Assembly: GCA_045653105.1 (NCBI GenBank)
Contig: JAZOLL010000036.1
Location: 507 to 64,506 of the forward strand
DNA from: Eubacteriales bacterium
GTDB lineage: Bacteria; Bacillota; Clostridia; Oscillospirales; CAG-272
Direction: 5' to 3'
Length of the DNA: 64,000 bases
Positions within the stretch are counted from its first letter, which is position 1. Each line of letters begins with the position of its first letter. The position numbers and the translations under genes were made by a program. Below, one piece after another: positions 40,407-50,391 of this stretch. The notes below the pieces were generated by a model. That model ran no database searches and was not told the origin of the DNA. It saw only the letters and a program-made list of their open reading frames with translations.

Positions 40407-41125
40407 TCTCGGCGTCTACCGCCTGCCAGCACCAAAAGTCTGAGCAGTGTAAGAAGCGAGGATGCAAGCGCCGCAACGTAGGTAAGCGCCGCCGCTGTGA
40501 GCACCTTTTTAGCCGCCTTCTGCTCTTCCTTGTCAAAGGATCCCGACGAGCTTATCGCCGCGAGTGCGCGAGCGGACGCGTTGAACTCAACAGGGAGTGT
40601 AATGAGCTGGAAGAGAGCCACAGTTGCGTAAAGCAGGATACCAAGGCTGAGAAGCGGCTCTGCCGCCGCGATCAGGCCTATAAAGAATATAGGCATTGCA
40701 AGCATTGAGCCGAACTTTGTCACGGGGATTATCGCAGTTCTCACCTTTATCGGGAAATATCCGCGAGCATGCTGCACCGCGTGTCCCGCCTCGTGACAAG
40801 CCACACCCACCGCCGCCGCTGTAGAGCTTGAATATACCGAATCCGAAAGACGTATGACGTTTGCTCTGGGATCGTAGTGGTCGGTAAGATTTCCGGGAAC
40901 TCTCTCGATCGCAACGTCGAAAAGTCCGTTTTCGTTGAGAACGCGGCGCGCCGCATCAGCGCCGGTAAAACCGCGCTTTGTTCTCACCTTTGAGTATTTA
41001 TTAAACGTGGAGGTGACGTTAGCCTGCGCCCAAACCGAAAGGATCAAAGCAGGAAGAACTATAAGCACCGTCCAGTCAAAATAAAACCATCCAAAAAGCA
41101 TAGTTATCTCCTTTTGTAGAGACAA
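40403..41125 (-). CDS. Membrane zinc metallopeptidase (YugP-like, Zn_peptidase_2 family)
   Basis: The HEAGHAVQH zinc site lies between TM segments. Its stop overlaps the rsmB start by 4 nt. Confidence 0.75.
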   Translation of the reverse strand: MSLQKEITMLFGWFYFDWTVLIVLPALILSVWAQANVTSTFNKYSKVRTKRGFTGADAARRVLNENGLFDVAIERVPGNLTDHYDPRANVIRLSDSVYSSSTAAAVGVACHEAGHAVQHARGYFPIKVRTAIIPVTKFGSMLAMPIFFIGLIAAAEPLLSLGILLYATVALFQLITLPVEFNASARALAAISSSGSFDKEEQKAAKKVLTAAALTYVAALASSLLTLLRLLVLAGGRRRD

Positions 41126-41133
41126 AGTCTCTT

Positions 41134-42069
41134 TTATTTCAAGATATCTCCTTTAAATATCTTTCTGCCGCGAATGAAATCTGCGGCGGGCATTCTGCCC
41201 TTGCCCTCGGGAAGCACCGCCAAAAGCTTTACCGCTCCCTCTCCACATGCCACGGTGATAGCGCCGTCCTCTATCGAGACGACCTCACCGCACTCAGCGT
41301 TGTATCTTGCCGCCTCGTCTCTCTCTGCCGAGATCACCTTCAGCAGCTTTCCGTCAGGCGTGTGAGTAAACGCAAGCGGGATAGGAGAGAGTCCGCGAAT
41401 AAGGTCGTGTATCTGTTTTGCCGAGCAAGTGAAATCTATAAGGCAATCTGCCTTTTCTATCTTTGCCGCGTAGGTGGCAAGAGATGAGTCCTGAGGGGTG
41501 GCGGGGGCAGTTCCTTCTTTTATAAGCTTTACGGTGTCAACCAAAAGTCTCGCTCCGCAAAGTCCGAGCTTATCGTGTATCGTCTCAAAATTATCAGAGA
41601 GCTCTATGTCTATCTCCTCTTTGAGTATCATATCTCCCGTATCGAGACCGATATCCATATACATCGTAGTGATTCCCGTCTTTTCCTTGCCGTCGATTAT
41701 CGCCCTCTGCATAGGAGCCGCGCCTCTGTATTCGGGAAGCAGCGAGCCGTGAACGTTTACACAGCGGTATTTCGGGAAGTTTATAACGCTTGCGGGGAGT
41801 ATCTTGCCGTAAGCCACAACAGCTATAAGGTCGGGAGAAAGCTCAGAAAGAAGCTCAGAGAAGCTCTCGTCCTTGAGTGTTGTCGGCTGCCATACGGGAA
41901 GCCCCTGTGATTCCGCATACACCTTGACGGGTGGCGGTGTCATTGTATAGCCTCTGCCCTTGGGTTTGTCGGGCTGAGTTATAACTCCGATCACATCCTC
42001 GCCCGCCTCAACAAGAGCCTTGAGGGAGAACACCGCGAAATCGGGTGTGCCCATAAAAAGTATTCTCAT
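41134..42069 (-). CDS. fmt: Methionyl-tRNA formyltransferase
   Basis: MRILFMGTPDFAV, VVTQPDKPKGRG-type segment and NVHGSLLPEYRGAAPMQ. Confidence 0.92.
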   Translation of the reverse strand: MRILFMGTPDFAVFSLKALVEAGEDVIGVITQPDKPKGRGYTMTPPPVKVYAESQGLPVWQPTTLKDESFSELLSELSPDLIAVVAYGKILPASVINFPKYRCVNVHGSLLPEYRGAAPMQRAIIDGKEKTGITTMYMDIGLDTGDMILKEEIDIELSDNFETIHDKLGLCGARLLVDTVKLIKEGTAPATPQDSSLATYAAKIEKADCLIDFTCSAKQIHDLIRGLSPIPLAFTHTPDGKLLKVISAERDEAARYNAECGEVVSIEDGAITVACGEGAVKLLAVLPEGKGRMPAADFIRGRKIFKGDILK

Positions 42070-42086
42070 TTTCAGCTCCTCCGGGG

Positions 42087-42542
42087 TCAGTCTCTCTCGA
42101 GATCCTTCGCGATGTCCACGTAAAGCTTACCGTCAAGGTGGTCAAGCTCGTGACAGAACGCGCGAGCCAAAAGCTCAGAGCCTGTGACGTCAAAGGTCTC
42201 ACCGTGTCTGTTCATCGCTCTGACAGTAACGTGCATCGGACGTGTCACCGTGCCGGATCTTCCGGGCACGGAAAGGCAGCCCTCCACACCGGTCTGCTCA
42301 CCGGAATATGCGATGATCTTGGGGTTGATAAGCTCTATCACCTTGCCCTCCTCGACCTCTATAACGACCACACGGCGAAGAATGCCTACCTGAGGCGCGG
42401 CAAGACCGACACCGTTTGCGGCGCGCATGGTCTCAACCATATCGTCGAGCAGCTGAAGAGTTCTGGGAGTTATCTTATCGACAGGACGGCAAACGCGTCT
42501 GAGCGTGTCGTCTCCTATCTTTACTATCTTTAATTTTGCCAT
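42087..42542 (-). CDS. def: Peptide deformylase
   Basis: The three deformylase motifs are present: GVGLAAPQVG, EGCLSVPG and HELDHLDG. Confidence 0.93.
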   Translation of the reverse strand: MAKLKIVKIGDDTLRRVCRPVDKITPRTLQLLDDMVETMRAANGVGLAAPQVGILRRVVVIEVEEGKVIELINPKIIAYSGEQTGVEGCLSVPGRSGTVTRPMHVTVRAMNRHGETFDVTGSELLARAFCHELDHLDGKLYVDIAKDLERD

Positions 42543-42573
42543 AACACTATTCCTTTATTACAATATTTTTAAA

Positions 42574-45069
42574 TCAAAGGTTTGAGGGATTAAGATCTAC
42601 TGAAAGTGAGAGCCCTTTAACCCCCGCTTTTGAGAATTTTATCATTATTTGCGAGAGCATCTCGCGGCTACGCTTATTGAGACGGCACTTGAGTATCATT
42701 CTCATTCGGTACTTGTTCTCCACCTTGTAAACAGGCGCTTCAAACGGCCCGAAGACTATCATCGGAACGTCGGAGAACTCGTGCTCTGAGAAATCCTTGA
42801 GTGTATCCGCAAGCTTCTTTGCCGCCTTGAGCACCTCCACCTCGACAGAGCTTGATACCGTCATTACCGCGATATCGCAGAAGGGAGGAAAAACAAGGAG
42901 CTTGCGAAGCTTTATCTCGGTCTCAAAGAACGCCTCGTAGTCCTGTGCGCAGGCAAGCTTTATACACTCGTGGTCGGGATTGTTCGTCTGTATTATCGCC
43001 TCTCCCTTTCGGCAGGCGCGTCCCGCACGTCCAATGACCTGAGTTATCATCGCAAAGGTCCTCTCGCTCGCTCTGTAATCGTCAAGATAGAGCGACGCGT
43101 CTGCAAGCAGAACACCGACAAGCGTTACGTCGGGGAAGTCGTGTCCCTTGGTGACCATCTGCGTACCGAGGAGTATATCCGCCTCGTGCCGTCTGAAAAC
43201 ACCGAGCTTTTCCTCGTAGGCGTATTTTGTAGATGCGGAATCGGTGTCCATGCGAAGCACCGACGCGTCGGGAAGCAGCGAGGACAACTCCTCTTCCACT
43301 CTTTGCGTTCCGTATCCCATCTTTGCCATGTGCGTGCCGTGACAGCTCGGGCATTCGGCGGGAGTGGGCATTCTTCTGCCGCACCAATGGCAACGGAGCT
43401 CTCCCCGCTCATATCCCTCGCCAACAGTGTGATACGTCATCGACACACTGCAAACAGGACATTTTACCGACTCGCCACAGTCTCTGCAGCTGATAAAGTT
43501 GTTATAACCTCTCCTGTTGAGGAAAAGTATCGACTGCGCACCGTCAGCCTTGTTCTTCACAAGCTTGCGGCAAAGCAAAGCGCCAAGCGGCGATAGATTT
43601 CCCGCCTGCGCTTCGGGGCGCATATCGTACACCGTGACCTCGGGAAGCTTTGCCTCGCCAAAGCGCTCGGTAAGTTTTATGAGCGTGTATTTTCCGTCAA
43701 CCGCCTTTTTGTAGCTCTCGACAGACGGTGTCGCCGATGCGAGAAGCATCAAGGCATTGTTATATGTACAGCGATATCTCGCAATATCCCTCGCGTGATA
43801 TTTGGGGTTCATATCGGATTTATATGTGTGCTCCTGCTCCTCGTCTATGATTATGAGTCCAAGGTTTGTGACAGGCGCGAACACGGCGGAACGAGTTCCG
43901 ATAACGAGATCCGCCTTGCCCTCTTTTATCCTTGTGTAGGTGTCAAGCCGCTCGCCCGCGGAAAGCGCCGAGTGAATGACCGCAACTCTCTTTCCGTATC
44001 TTGAGCAGAAAAGCGAGAGAGTTTGAGGAGTGAGCGATATCTCGGGGAGCAAGAGTATAACACCTCTTCCGTCAGATAGCACTCTGTCTATGATCTTCAT
44101 CATAACGCAGGTCTTTCCGCTACCCGTGATACCGTGAAGCAGAGCCGCCCTCGGCTCACCCGTGTCAACGAGCGCCTCAAGCGTTGCAAGCGCGCTATTT
44201 TGCGCCTCGCTCAGCTCAAAAACCTTTGCCTCGCCGATATAATCATCGACCTCGCTGCGATCCACCTTCACCGCAATTTGTCTGAGGAGCCCCTTGTCAA
44301 CAAGCGCCTTTATCTGCGTGTGAGACGCCCCCGTGTCAGCGGCAAGCTCCTCCTCGGAGAGCGCGCTCTCGCCCGCGGAAAGCAGACGGCGGAGTATCTC
44401 CTTATGCATATTCGAGCGCAGCTTTATCGCCTTGTCAGATCCGTCGAGGATAGCCAAAGCCACGTCAGCGCCAATATTCAATTGATAGTGGTTCTCTGTC
44501 TTTTCCTCTTTGTTCTTGATCTCATAGCTGCGAAAAACAGCCCCGCATTCGCGGAGCTTTCTCAGACTGGAATCTAAGCTCGCCCCGAATCTGCTTTTGA
44601 GTAAATCAAATCTGACGCTTCCATGCTTACGAATGTACTCGTAAACAGAAAGCGTCGATCTGTCAAAGGTGCTTATAGTGTTGTCGTCCGCCGTGCCCTC
44701 GGAAGCCGCGTAGACCTCTACGAGCTGGGAGATGACAGAGGACGGTATTATCGCGCGAACAGCCTCTCCAAAGGTGCAAAGCGTTTGCTCCTTCATAAAG
44801 TAGCAAAGCTTTAGCTGTTCGTCGCTGAGCGTGAGCCTTTCGTTGCAAAGCGAGAATATCGGCTTGCAGGGTATATTCGGGTCAAGCGACGACTCCTTCA
44901 GCGCGGTGACCACCGCAAGCTGACGTCTGTTTGCCATACCGAACGGAACGCTGACAAGCGCGCCCACGCTTATGTCCCCGCGAAGCTCCACGGGAACAAA
45001 GTAATCATAGCCTTTATCAAGAAAAAAAGGAGTGTCCAGCAGGTATATCTCGGCATACTCAAAGATCAT
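42574..45069 (-). CDS. priA: Primosomal protein N-prime (replication restart helicase)
   Basis: Walker A GITGSGKT, motif II IIIDEEQEH, and the Cys-rich zinc insert CRDCGESVKCPVCSVSMTYH...CHWCG...CPSCHG. Confidence 0.92.
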   Translation of the reverse strand: MIFEYAEIYLLDTPFFLDKGYDYFVPVELRGDISVGALVSVPFGMANRRQLAVVTALKESSLDPNIPCKPIFSLCNERLTLSDEQLKLCYFMKEQTLCTFGEAVRAIIPSSVISQLVEVYAASEGTADDNTISTFDRSTLSVYEYIRKHGSVRFDLLKSRFGASLDSSLRKLRECGAVFRSYEIKNKEEKTENHYQLNIGADVALAILDGSDKAIKLRSNMHKEILRRLLSAGESALSEEELAADTGASHTQIKALVDKGLLRQIAVKVDRSEVDDYIGEAKVFELSEAQNSALATLEALVDTGEPRAALLHGITGSGKTCVMMKIIDRVLSDGRGVILLLPEISLTPQTLSLFCSRYGKRVAVIHSALSAGERLDTYTRIKEGKADLVIGTRSAVFAPVTNLGLIIIDEEQEHTYKSDMNPKYHARDIARYRCTYNNALMLLASATPSVESYKKAVDGKYTLIKLTERFGEAKLPEVTVYDMRPEAQAGNLSPLGALLCRKLVKNKADGAQSILFLNRRGYNNFISCRDCGESVKCPVCSVSMTYHTVGEGYERGELRCHWCGRRMPTPAECPSCHGTHMAKMGYGTQRVEEELSSLLPDASVLRMDTDSASTKYAYEEKLGVFRRHEADILLGTQMVTKGHDFPDVTLVGVLLADASLYLDDYRASERTFAMITQVIGRAGRACRKGEAIIQTNNPDHECIKLACAQDYEAFFETEIKLRKLLVFPPFCDIAVMTVSSSVEVEVLKAAKKLADTLKDFSEHEFSDVPMIVFGPFEAPVYKVENKYRMRMILKCRLNKRSREMLSQIMIKFSKAGVKGLSLSVDLNPSNL

Positions 45070-45091
45070 AGCCGACCTCCTTTATTTTTTA

Positions 45092-45409
45092 TTACTCGGC
45101 AGCAGCCTCTACCTCTGCCTCGACCTCGGAGACGACCTCGTCTGTCTCCTCCTTGCGAACGATATTGTACTCGCCCTTGTGGATGCGGGTAATAGCGTTC
45201 TTTACAGCCTTTTCTTCTCTGTATTCCTTGTTTATCGTGTTGAGTGTGCTTCTGTCAGCCTCTTTGTTGCCTGTAGATGCTCTTTCAGCCTCCTCACAGC
45301 GCTTTACGTACTCGTCTGTGATAACGCGAGCGCACTTTGCGGTAGCAAGAGCAAGCGCATATCTGTTGAATTCGCCTTTTGTGAGTTCGTTGATTGTGGG
45401 ATAGATCAT
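45092..45409 (-). CDS. rpoZ: DNA-directed RNA polymerase subunit omega
   Basis: MIYPTINELTKGEFNRYALALATAKCARVIT matches the omega N-terminal pattern. Its position next to gmk is conserved. Confidence 0.75.
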   Translation of the reverse strand: MIYPTINELTKGEFNRYALALATAKCARVITDEYVKRCEEAERASTGNKEADRSTLNTINKEYREEKAVKNAITRIHKGEYNIVRKEETDEVVSEVEAEVEAAAE

Positions 45410-45478
45410 TTTTTCTCTCCTTGAATGCTTTGGTATAATATATTATTTGAATTATTTTTGCCTTATTAGTCGCGAGTG

Positions 45479-46087
45479 TCAGTTTTCGAAATATTTTTTC
45501 TCCGCATCAGGATTTCTCGCGGTTGTAAGCTTTTCCGCTCTGACGATAGAGAGGATGTCTCCTGCCGCCTCGCTTATCTTGCCGTCCATGTTGTAAACGA
45601 TATAGTCGTAAATTTCAAGGTCGGTAAGCTCCTCGCGTGTGCGTGCAAGTCTTGCCTTTATCTTTTCCTCTGTCTCTGTAGCTCTGCCGCGCAGACGAGC
45701 CTCCTGAGTGGAAAAGCTGGGGGGCAGAAGCATTATAAGTACCGCGTCGGGGAATTTTTCCTTTACCTGACGCGCACCATCAACCTCTATCTCGAGTATG
45801 ACGTTCTTTCCGCTCTCGAGGATCTCGAGAGCTTTTTTCTTCGGTGTGCCGTAGAAGTTTCCGCAGTATTCGGTGTACTCAAGCATATCGCCCGAGGATA
45901 TTGCCTCCAAAAACTCCTCACGGGAGATGAAGTGATAGTTGACTCCGTTGAGCTCTCCGGGACGGGGACTTCTGGTGGTTGCGGATACCGAATAAACGAA
46001 ATCCTCACGCTCTAAAAGGAGCGAGTTTACCGTTCCCTTGCCGCTGCCTGCGGGACCCGAGATTATAAGAAGTAATCCTTTTGTCAT
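45479..46087 (-). CDS. gmk: Guanylate kinase
   Basis: P-loop SGPAGSGKGT, SATTRSPRPGE..G..YHF, and EYCGNFYGTP. Confidence 0.93.
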   Translation of the reverse strand: MTKGLLLIISGPAGSGKGTVNSLLLEREDFVYSVSATTRSPRPGELNGVNYHFISREEFLEAISSGDMLEYTEYCGNFYGTPKKKALEILESGKNVILEIEVDGARQVKEKFPDAVLIMLLPPSFSTQEARLRGRATETEEKIKARLARTREELTDLEIYDYIVYNMDGKISEAAGDILSIVRAEKLTTARNPDAEKKYFEN

Positions 46088-46114
46088 TTTCTTGTCCTCT
46101 GTTTTCTTTTTGAC

Positions 46115-46375
46115 TTATTCCTCAACCTCATCCTCGACTATGTCGGAGTCGAGTCTGTTTGCTATCGTCTCTGCCTGTATAGCGGAGAGGATAACGTGCT
46201 CGCTGTCGGTAACGATGACCGAGCGTGTACGTCTGCCGCAGGACACGTCGATAACTCTGCCCGCATCCTTTGCATCCTGTATAAGTCTCTTGATAGGCGC
46301 GGAATCGGGCGAGACGATAGTCACTACCTTGTCTGCCGCTACCATGTTTCCAAAACCGATGTTTATAAACTTCAT
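46115..46375 (-). CDS. remA: Extracellular-matrix/biofilm regulator RemA (DUF370)
   Basis: [75 protein letters not shown] is near-collinear with B. subtilis RemA as I remember it. Confidence 0.85.
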   Translation of the reverse strand: MKFINIGFGNMVAADKVVTIVSPDSAPIKRLIQDAKDAGRVIDVSCGRRTRSVIVTDSEHVILSAIQAETIANRLDSDIVEDEVEE

Positions 46376-46388
46376 AGTAAGCCTCGCT

Positions 46389-47276
46389 TTATTCTAAGTT
46401 CTGTATCTGCTCTCTTATCTTTTCAAGCTCGCACTTGACGTCAACCACTCTTTGTGTTATCGCAGAGTTAGATGCCTTAGAGCCTATCGTGTTGATCTCA
46501 CGGTTGAGCTCCTGTGTGAGGAAATCAAGTCGTCTGCCCACGGGCTCGCTTGACTCAAAGTTTGCTCTGAACGCCTCAAAGTGAGATCTGAGTCTGACAA
46601 GCTCCTCGTCTATCGCCACCTTGTCCGCAAATATCGCACACTCGGTGAGTATGCGGTTCTCGTCAAAGACGATACGGTTGTCGGAGAGCATCTCGCGAAG
46701 TCTCTCCTCAAGCTTTTGACGATAGTTCTTGGTATCGCTCTGCGAGAGCGTGTCGATCTCAGAGACGATCTTCTCTATGTTGTCGATCTTTCCGAGCAAG
46801 TCGCGCGCGATATTCGCGCCCTCGCGCTCTCTTGCCGCGATAAAGCTGTCGATCGCGGGGTCGAGCACAGACTTCAGCGCCTGCCAGTCGCTCTCCATAT
46901 CCTCCTCGGGCTTTACCTGTATGAAAATATCTCTGTTTTGAGCCACACTCATTACCGATATGTCGTCAACAAGAGAAAATCTCTCACCGAGCTCGCGAAG
47001 CGCCGCGATGTATTTTTCGGCATATCCCGCGTCGAGCGCGATATTTACCTCAGGCGAATCAACAACGTCGATGCTTATGAAAACATCAACCTTTCCTCTC
47101 GCGATAGAGCGCGAGGTGAGGTGGGGCTTTACCCTCTCCTCAAGGAAGGAAAACGCCCTCGAAAGCTTTACCGAGCAGTCAAAAAAACGGTTGTTGACCG
47201 ACTTTATCTCAACGGTTATATCCTTGCCGCAGACAGTGCCTCTGGCTCTGCCGTAGGCGGTCATGCTTTTTGCCAT
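46389..47276 (-). CDS. yicC: YicC/YloC-family stress-induced protein
   Basis: N-terminus SMTAYGRA and the C-terminal DUF1732-type motif [18 protein letters not shown]. Confidence 0.85.
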   Translation of the reverse strand: MAKSMTAYGRARGTVCGKDITVEIKSVNNRFFDCSVKLSRAFSFLEERVKPHLTSRSIARGKVDVFISIDVVDSPEVNIALDAGYAEKYIAALRELGERFSLVDDISVMSVAQNRDIFIQVKPEEDMESDWQALKSVLDPAIDSFIAAREREGANIARDLLGKIDNIEKIVSEIDTLSQSDTKNYRQKLEERLREMLSDNRIVFDENRILTECAIFADKVAIDEELVRLRSHFEAFRANFESSEPVGRRLDFLTQELNREINTIGSKASNSAITQRVVDVKCELEKIREQIQNLE

Positions 47277-47411
47277 CTAAAATCTCCTTTCAGACCCTGA
47301 AAAGCCTTGATTTATATACAAATATACATAGTAAATTATAATATATATAGCCTTTTTTGTCAACGAATTTTTGAAATTTTGCGCTTTTTTTACTCTTTTT
47401 TGAAAAAGTAC

Positions 47412-47440
47412 TTGAAATCACAGCGAAAATGTAGTAAAAT
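47412..47440 (+). promoter_or_regulatory. sigma-A type promoter for efp
   Basis: TTGAAA (47412-47417), 17-nt spacer, TAAAAT (47435-47440). Confidence 0.55.
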
Positions 47441-47505
47441 AAACTGTAATTTAATATGTAACAACAATATTATAGTAAAAAAACAATTTTCGGAGGTAAA
47501 TCACA

Positions 47506-48063
47506 ATGGTAGTAGCCGGCGATTTCAAAAACGGTATAACCTTTGATATGGACGGTTCCGTATTCCAGGTTATCGAATTTCAGCACGTAAAGCCCGGAAA
47601 GGGAGCTGCGTTCGTGCGCACAAAAATAAAGAACGTTATCACAGGTTCTGTTATTGAGAGAACTTTCAGCCCTACTGATAAGTTCGAAAACGCTTACATC
47701 GAGAGAAAAGAGATGCAGTACTCCTACACCGACGGAGATCTCTACTACTTCATGGATATGGAGTCTTTCGACATGATCCCCCTCAACGCAGACAAGCTTC
47801 CCGACAACTTCAAGTTCGTTAAGGAAGAAATGCTTTGCAAGATCGTTTCCTACAAGGGTAACGTATTTGACGTTGAGCCCCCCACGTTCGTTGAGCTCGT
47901 TGTAACTCAGACCGACCCCGGTTTTGCAGGCAACACAGCAACCAACACACTTAAGCCCGCAACACTTGAGACAGGCGCTGTTATCAAGGTTCCGCTTTTC
48001 GTAAACGAGGGCGATACACTCAAGATCGACACAAGAACCGGCGAGTATCTCTCCAGAGTTTAA
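47506..48063 (+). CDS. efp: Translation elongation factor P
   Basis: [19 protein letters not shown] loop with the modified-Lys position. 185 aa with three OB-like domains. Confidence 0.95.
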   Translation: MVVAGDFKNGITFDMDGSVFQVIEFQHVKPGKGAAFVRTKIKNVITGSVIERTFSPTDKFENAYIERKEMQYSYTDGDLYYFMDMESFDMIPLNADKLPDNFKFVKEEMLCKIVSYKGNVFDVEPPTFVELVVTQTDPGFAGNTATNTLKPATLETGAVIKVPLFVNEGDTLKIDTRTGEYLSRV

Positions 48064-48076
48064 TCGGAGGTGCGCC

Positions 48077-48538
48077 ATGACAGTAACTGAAAAGGCAGCT
48101 TACATCAAGGGCCTCGCAGAGGGACTTGAGATAGACGCAAGCACAAAAGAGGGCAAAGTAATTTCCGCTCTTATCGACCTCGTATCCGACCTCGCTATGA
48201 GCGTTGCGGATCTCGAGGAGGACGTTCTTTACCTCAACGACTACATCGAGGAGATCGACGAGGATCTCGGCGAGGTTGAAGAAGTTCTCGTAGAGGACGA
48301 CGATGATTACTGCGAGTGCGACGATTGTGAGGACGATTGCGACCACTGTGATTGCGATTGCGAGTACAAGGATGACGAGACAGACTATTTTGAGGTAGAG
48401 TGCCCCTCCTGCGGAGAGACGATCTGCTTTGACGATAGCATCGATCCCGAGGATCTCACCTGCCCCGCTTGCGGTGAAAAGTTTGAGTGCGTAATGTCTG
48501 AGGACGACCTCAAGGCACTCGACGGCATCGAGGACTAA
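48077..48538 (+). CDS. Acidic zinc-ribbon protein commonly linked to efp in Clostridia (CD1247 N-terminal-domain-like)
   Basis: N-terminus MTVTEKAAYIKGLAEGL, a D/E/C-rich centre (DDDDYCECDDCEDDCDHCDCDCEY), and a C-terminal CPSCGE...CPACGE ribbon. Confidence 0.5.
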   Translation: MTVTEKAAYIKGLAEGLEIDASTKEGKVISALIDLVSDLAMSVADLEEDVLYLNDYIEEIDEDLGEVEEVLVEDDDDYCECDDCEDDCDHCDCDCEYKDDETDYFEVECPSCGETICFDDSIDPEDLTCPACGEKFECVMSEDDLKALDGIED

Positions 48539-48551
48539 TTAAAAACAAAAA

Positions 48552-48575
48552 GGACACCCGAGGGTGTCCTTTTTT
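48552..48575 (+). terminator. Rho-independent terminator of the efp operon
   Basis: ggacacc, loop cgag, ggtgtcc, followed by T6. Confidence 0.85.
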
Positions 48576-48589
48576 ATCTTTATCGCGCA

Positions 48590-48625
48590 AAAAAGAGAAG
48601 CTTTTTTCAAAGCTTCTCTTTTGCT
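48590..48625 (-). terminator. Rho-independent terminator of the antiporter gene
   Basis: agagaagcttt (48594-48604) pairs with aaagcttctct (48609-48619). On the minus strand a T-run follows. Confidence 0.75.
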
Positions 48626-48628
48626 TTT

Positions 48629-49957
48629 TTATTTTTGTACGTATTTATCAGCATGCTCTCTGCCGTGAACAGCACCGGAAAGTCCGTGTCTGACACCGCG
48701 GGAGCTTGCCTTGCCCTCGGGCTTGATATCGCCAGCCTTGGTGAGCGCCATCTTTGTGAGCGCAGGACCAAAGATCTCGTAAATGAGAACCGCGAAGAGC
48801 GTGATATTTGCAACTATATGACCCTCAGGGCCGAGTGTTTCAGCCTTGATAGCCATACCGAGTGCCACGCCCGCCTGGGGAAGAAGTGTGATTCCAAGAT
48901 ACTTTACGATACTGTCGTCGCAGTGAACCGCCTTTGCGCTGAGCAACGCGCCACTGTACTTTCCTGCGGAACGAGCGAGTATATAAACGATACCGATAAC
49001 GACGATCGCGAGCTCTGTGAATACAGAAAGCTCAAGCTCTGCGCCGCTTATTACGAAGAAGAGAATGAAGATCGGTGCTGTCCAGCGGTCAACTCTGTCC
49101 ATAAGCTCCTCAGAGAAGTCACAGAGGTTGCAGAACATAGTGCCGAGCATCATACAAACGAGAAGCGAGGAGAATCCGATATGTATGCCGCCGACCTCAA
49201 ACTTGAGCATTGAGAGAGCAACTGTGATGAACACGAAAGCCACAGACATCGAAAGTCTCTTTGAACGGGAGTGGAAGAATCTCTCGAAGAAAGTGAAAAG
49301 CACACCCATAAGCGCGCCGAGAGCTACAGAGAGAACAATCTCGAGGATAGGCTCGACTACGATAGAAACAATGTCCATCTTGCCGACGATAAGCGCCTTT
49401 GCCACACCGAAGGATGCCGCAAAGAGCATAAGTCCTACCGCGTCGTCAAGTGCGACTACGGGAAGGAGAATATCGGTGAGCGGTCCTTTCGCCTTATACT
49501 GACGAACGACCATAAGTGTTGCCGCGGGTGCTGTTGCGGAAGCGATAGCACCGAGTGTTATTGCCGCAGGAAGCGAGAGTTTGTCTGGCATTGCGAAGTG
49601 AAGAGCGATGAGCACCGCGTCAACTACAAGAGTTGTTATAACAGCCTGAAAGATACCGATAATCGTTGCCTGCTTACCTGTGCTCTTAAGCTGGGCGAGA
49701 CGGAACTCGTTACCGATCGAAAAAGCGATAAAGCCGAGAGCTACGTCGGATACGATACCGAAAGCCTTTACGTTTGCCATGCTTGTAAATCCAAGTCCGG
49801 GCACTCCGAGAGCGCCGAGGCAGTAAGGACCTATAAGTATTCCCGCTACAAGATATGCCGTTACGGCAGGCAGCTTCATAAGCTTTGCCACACGCGAGAG
49901 CATAAGTCCCGCCATAAGCGCCACCGCCAAAACGAGCAAAGAACTCATTTCGTTCAT
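48629..49957 (-). CDS. Cation:proton antiporter (Na+/H+ exchanger family, CPA-type membrane domain)
   Basis: 442 aa with about 12 TM segments. The N-terminus LAVALMAGLMLSRVAKLMKLPAVTAYLVAGILIGPYCLG is typical of Kef/NapA-type exchangers. Confidence 0.75.
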   Translation of the reverse strand: MNEMSSLLVLAVALMAGLMLSRVAKLMKLPAVTAYLVAGILIGPYCLGALGVPGLGFTSMANVKAFGIVSDVALGFIAFSIGNEFRLAQLKSTGKQATIIGIFQAVITTLVVDAVLIALHFAMPDKLSLPAAITLGAIASATAPAATLMVVRQYKAKGPLTDILLPVVALDDAVGLMLFAASFGVAKALIVGKMDIVSIVVEPILEIVLSVALGALMGVLFTFFERFFHSRSKRLSMSVAFVFITVALSMLKFEVGGIHIGFSSLLVCMMLGTMFCNLCDFSEELMDRVDRWTAPIFILFFVISGAELELSVFTELAIVVIGIVYILARSAGKYSGALLSAKAVHCDDSIVKYLGITLLPQAGVALGMAIKAETLGPEGHIVANITLFAVLIYEIFGPALTKMALTKAGDIKPEGKASSRGVRHGLSGAVHGREHADKYVQK

Positions 49958-50148
49958 TATATAACCTCCAAAAGCAATAAGAGAATAGTTACTTTATAAT
50001 AGCTTGCGAAACCGCAAACGATAGCATTATATCACCAATCTATATATAAGTCAATAGGAAAATAAAGTTTTTTTGATTTTGTGCCGTTTCCCTGCTCCGC
50101 TTCGGCAAAATGTTTAAAATAAAGTTCAAAAATCCGTACAAATACCGA

Positions 50149-50177
50149 TTGACTTCGCCGTAAATAAGTGATATAAT
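50149..50177 (+). promoter_or_regulatory. Near-consensus sigma-A promoter
   Basis: TTGACT (50149-50154), 17-nt spacer, TATAAT (50172-50177) preceded by TGa (extended -10). Confidence 0.75.
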
Positions 50178-50205
50178 AACAAAAAAGTTCAAAATAGAGG
50201 ATAAT

Positions 50206-50370
50206 ATGGAGCCAAAAAATTATACGCTCACTAAAATCGAGGGTGAGTACGCGACACTCACCGATGAAGCGACGGGAGAAGAGCTTTTCATCGCCCTCGC
50301 TCTCTTGCCGCTCGGAGTTGACGTCGGCACTCGCCTTCACTTTGAAATGATGGAATATACCATTATCTGA
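50206..50370 (+). CDS. Small protein (54 aa), DUF3006-like
   Basis: Translates to MEPKNYTLTKIEGEYATLTDEATGEELFIALALLPLGVDVGTRLHFEMMEYTII. The RBS agagga lies 6 nt upstream and a consensus promoter about 30 nt upstream. It is too short for the ORF track, which shows only an antisense ORF here. Confidence 0.55.
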   Translation: MEPKNYTLTKIEGEYATLTDEATGEELFIALALLPLGVDVGTRLHFEMMEYTII

Positions 50371-50391
50371 TATTAAAACAGGAGGATACCT

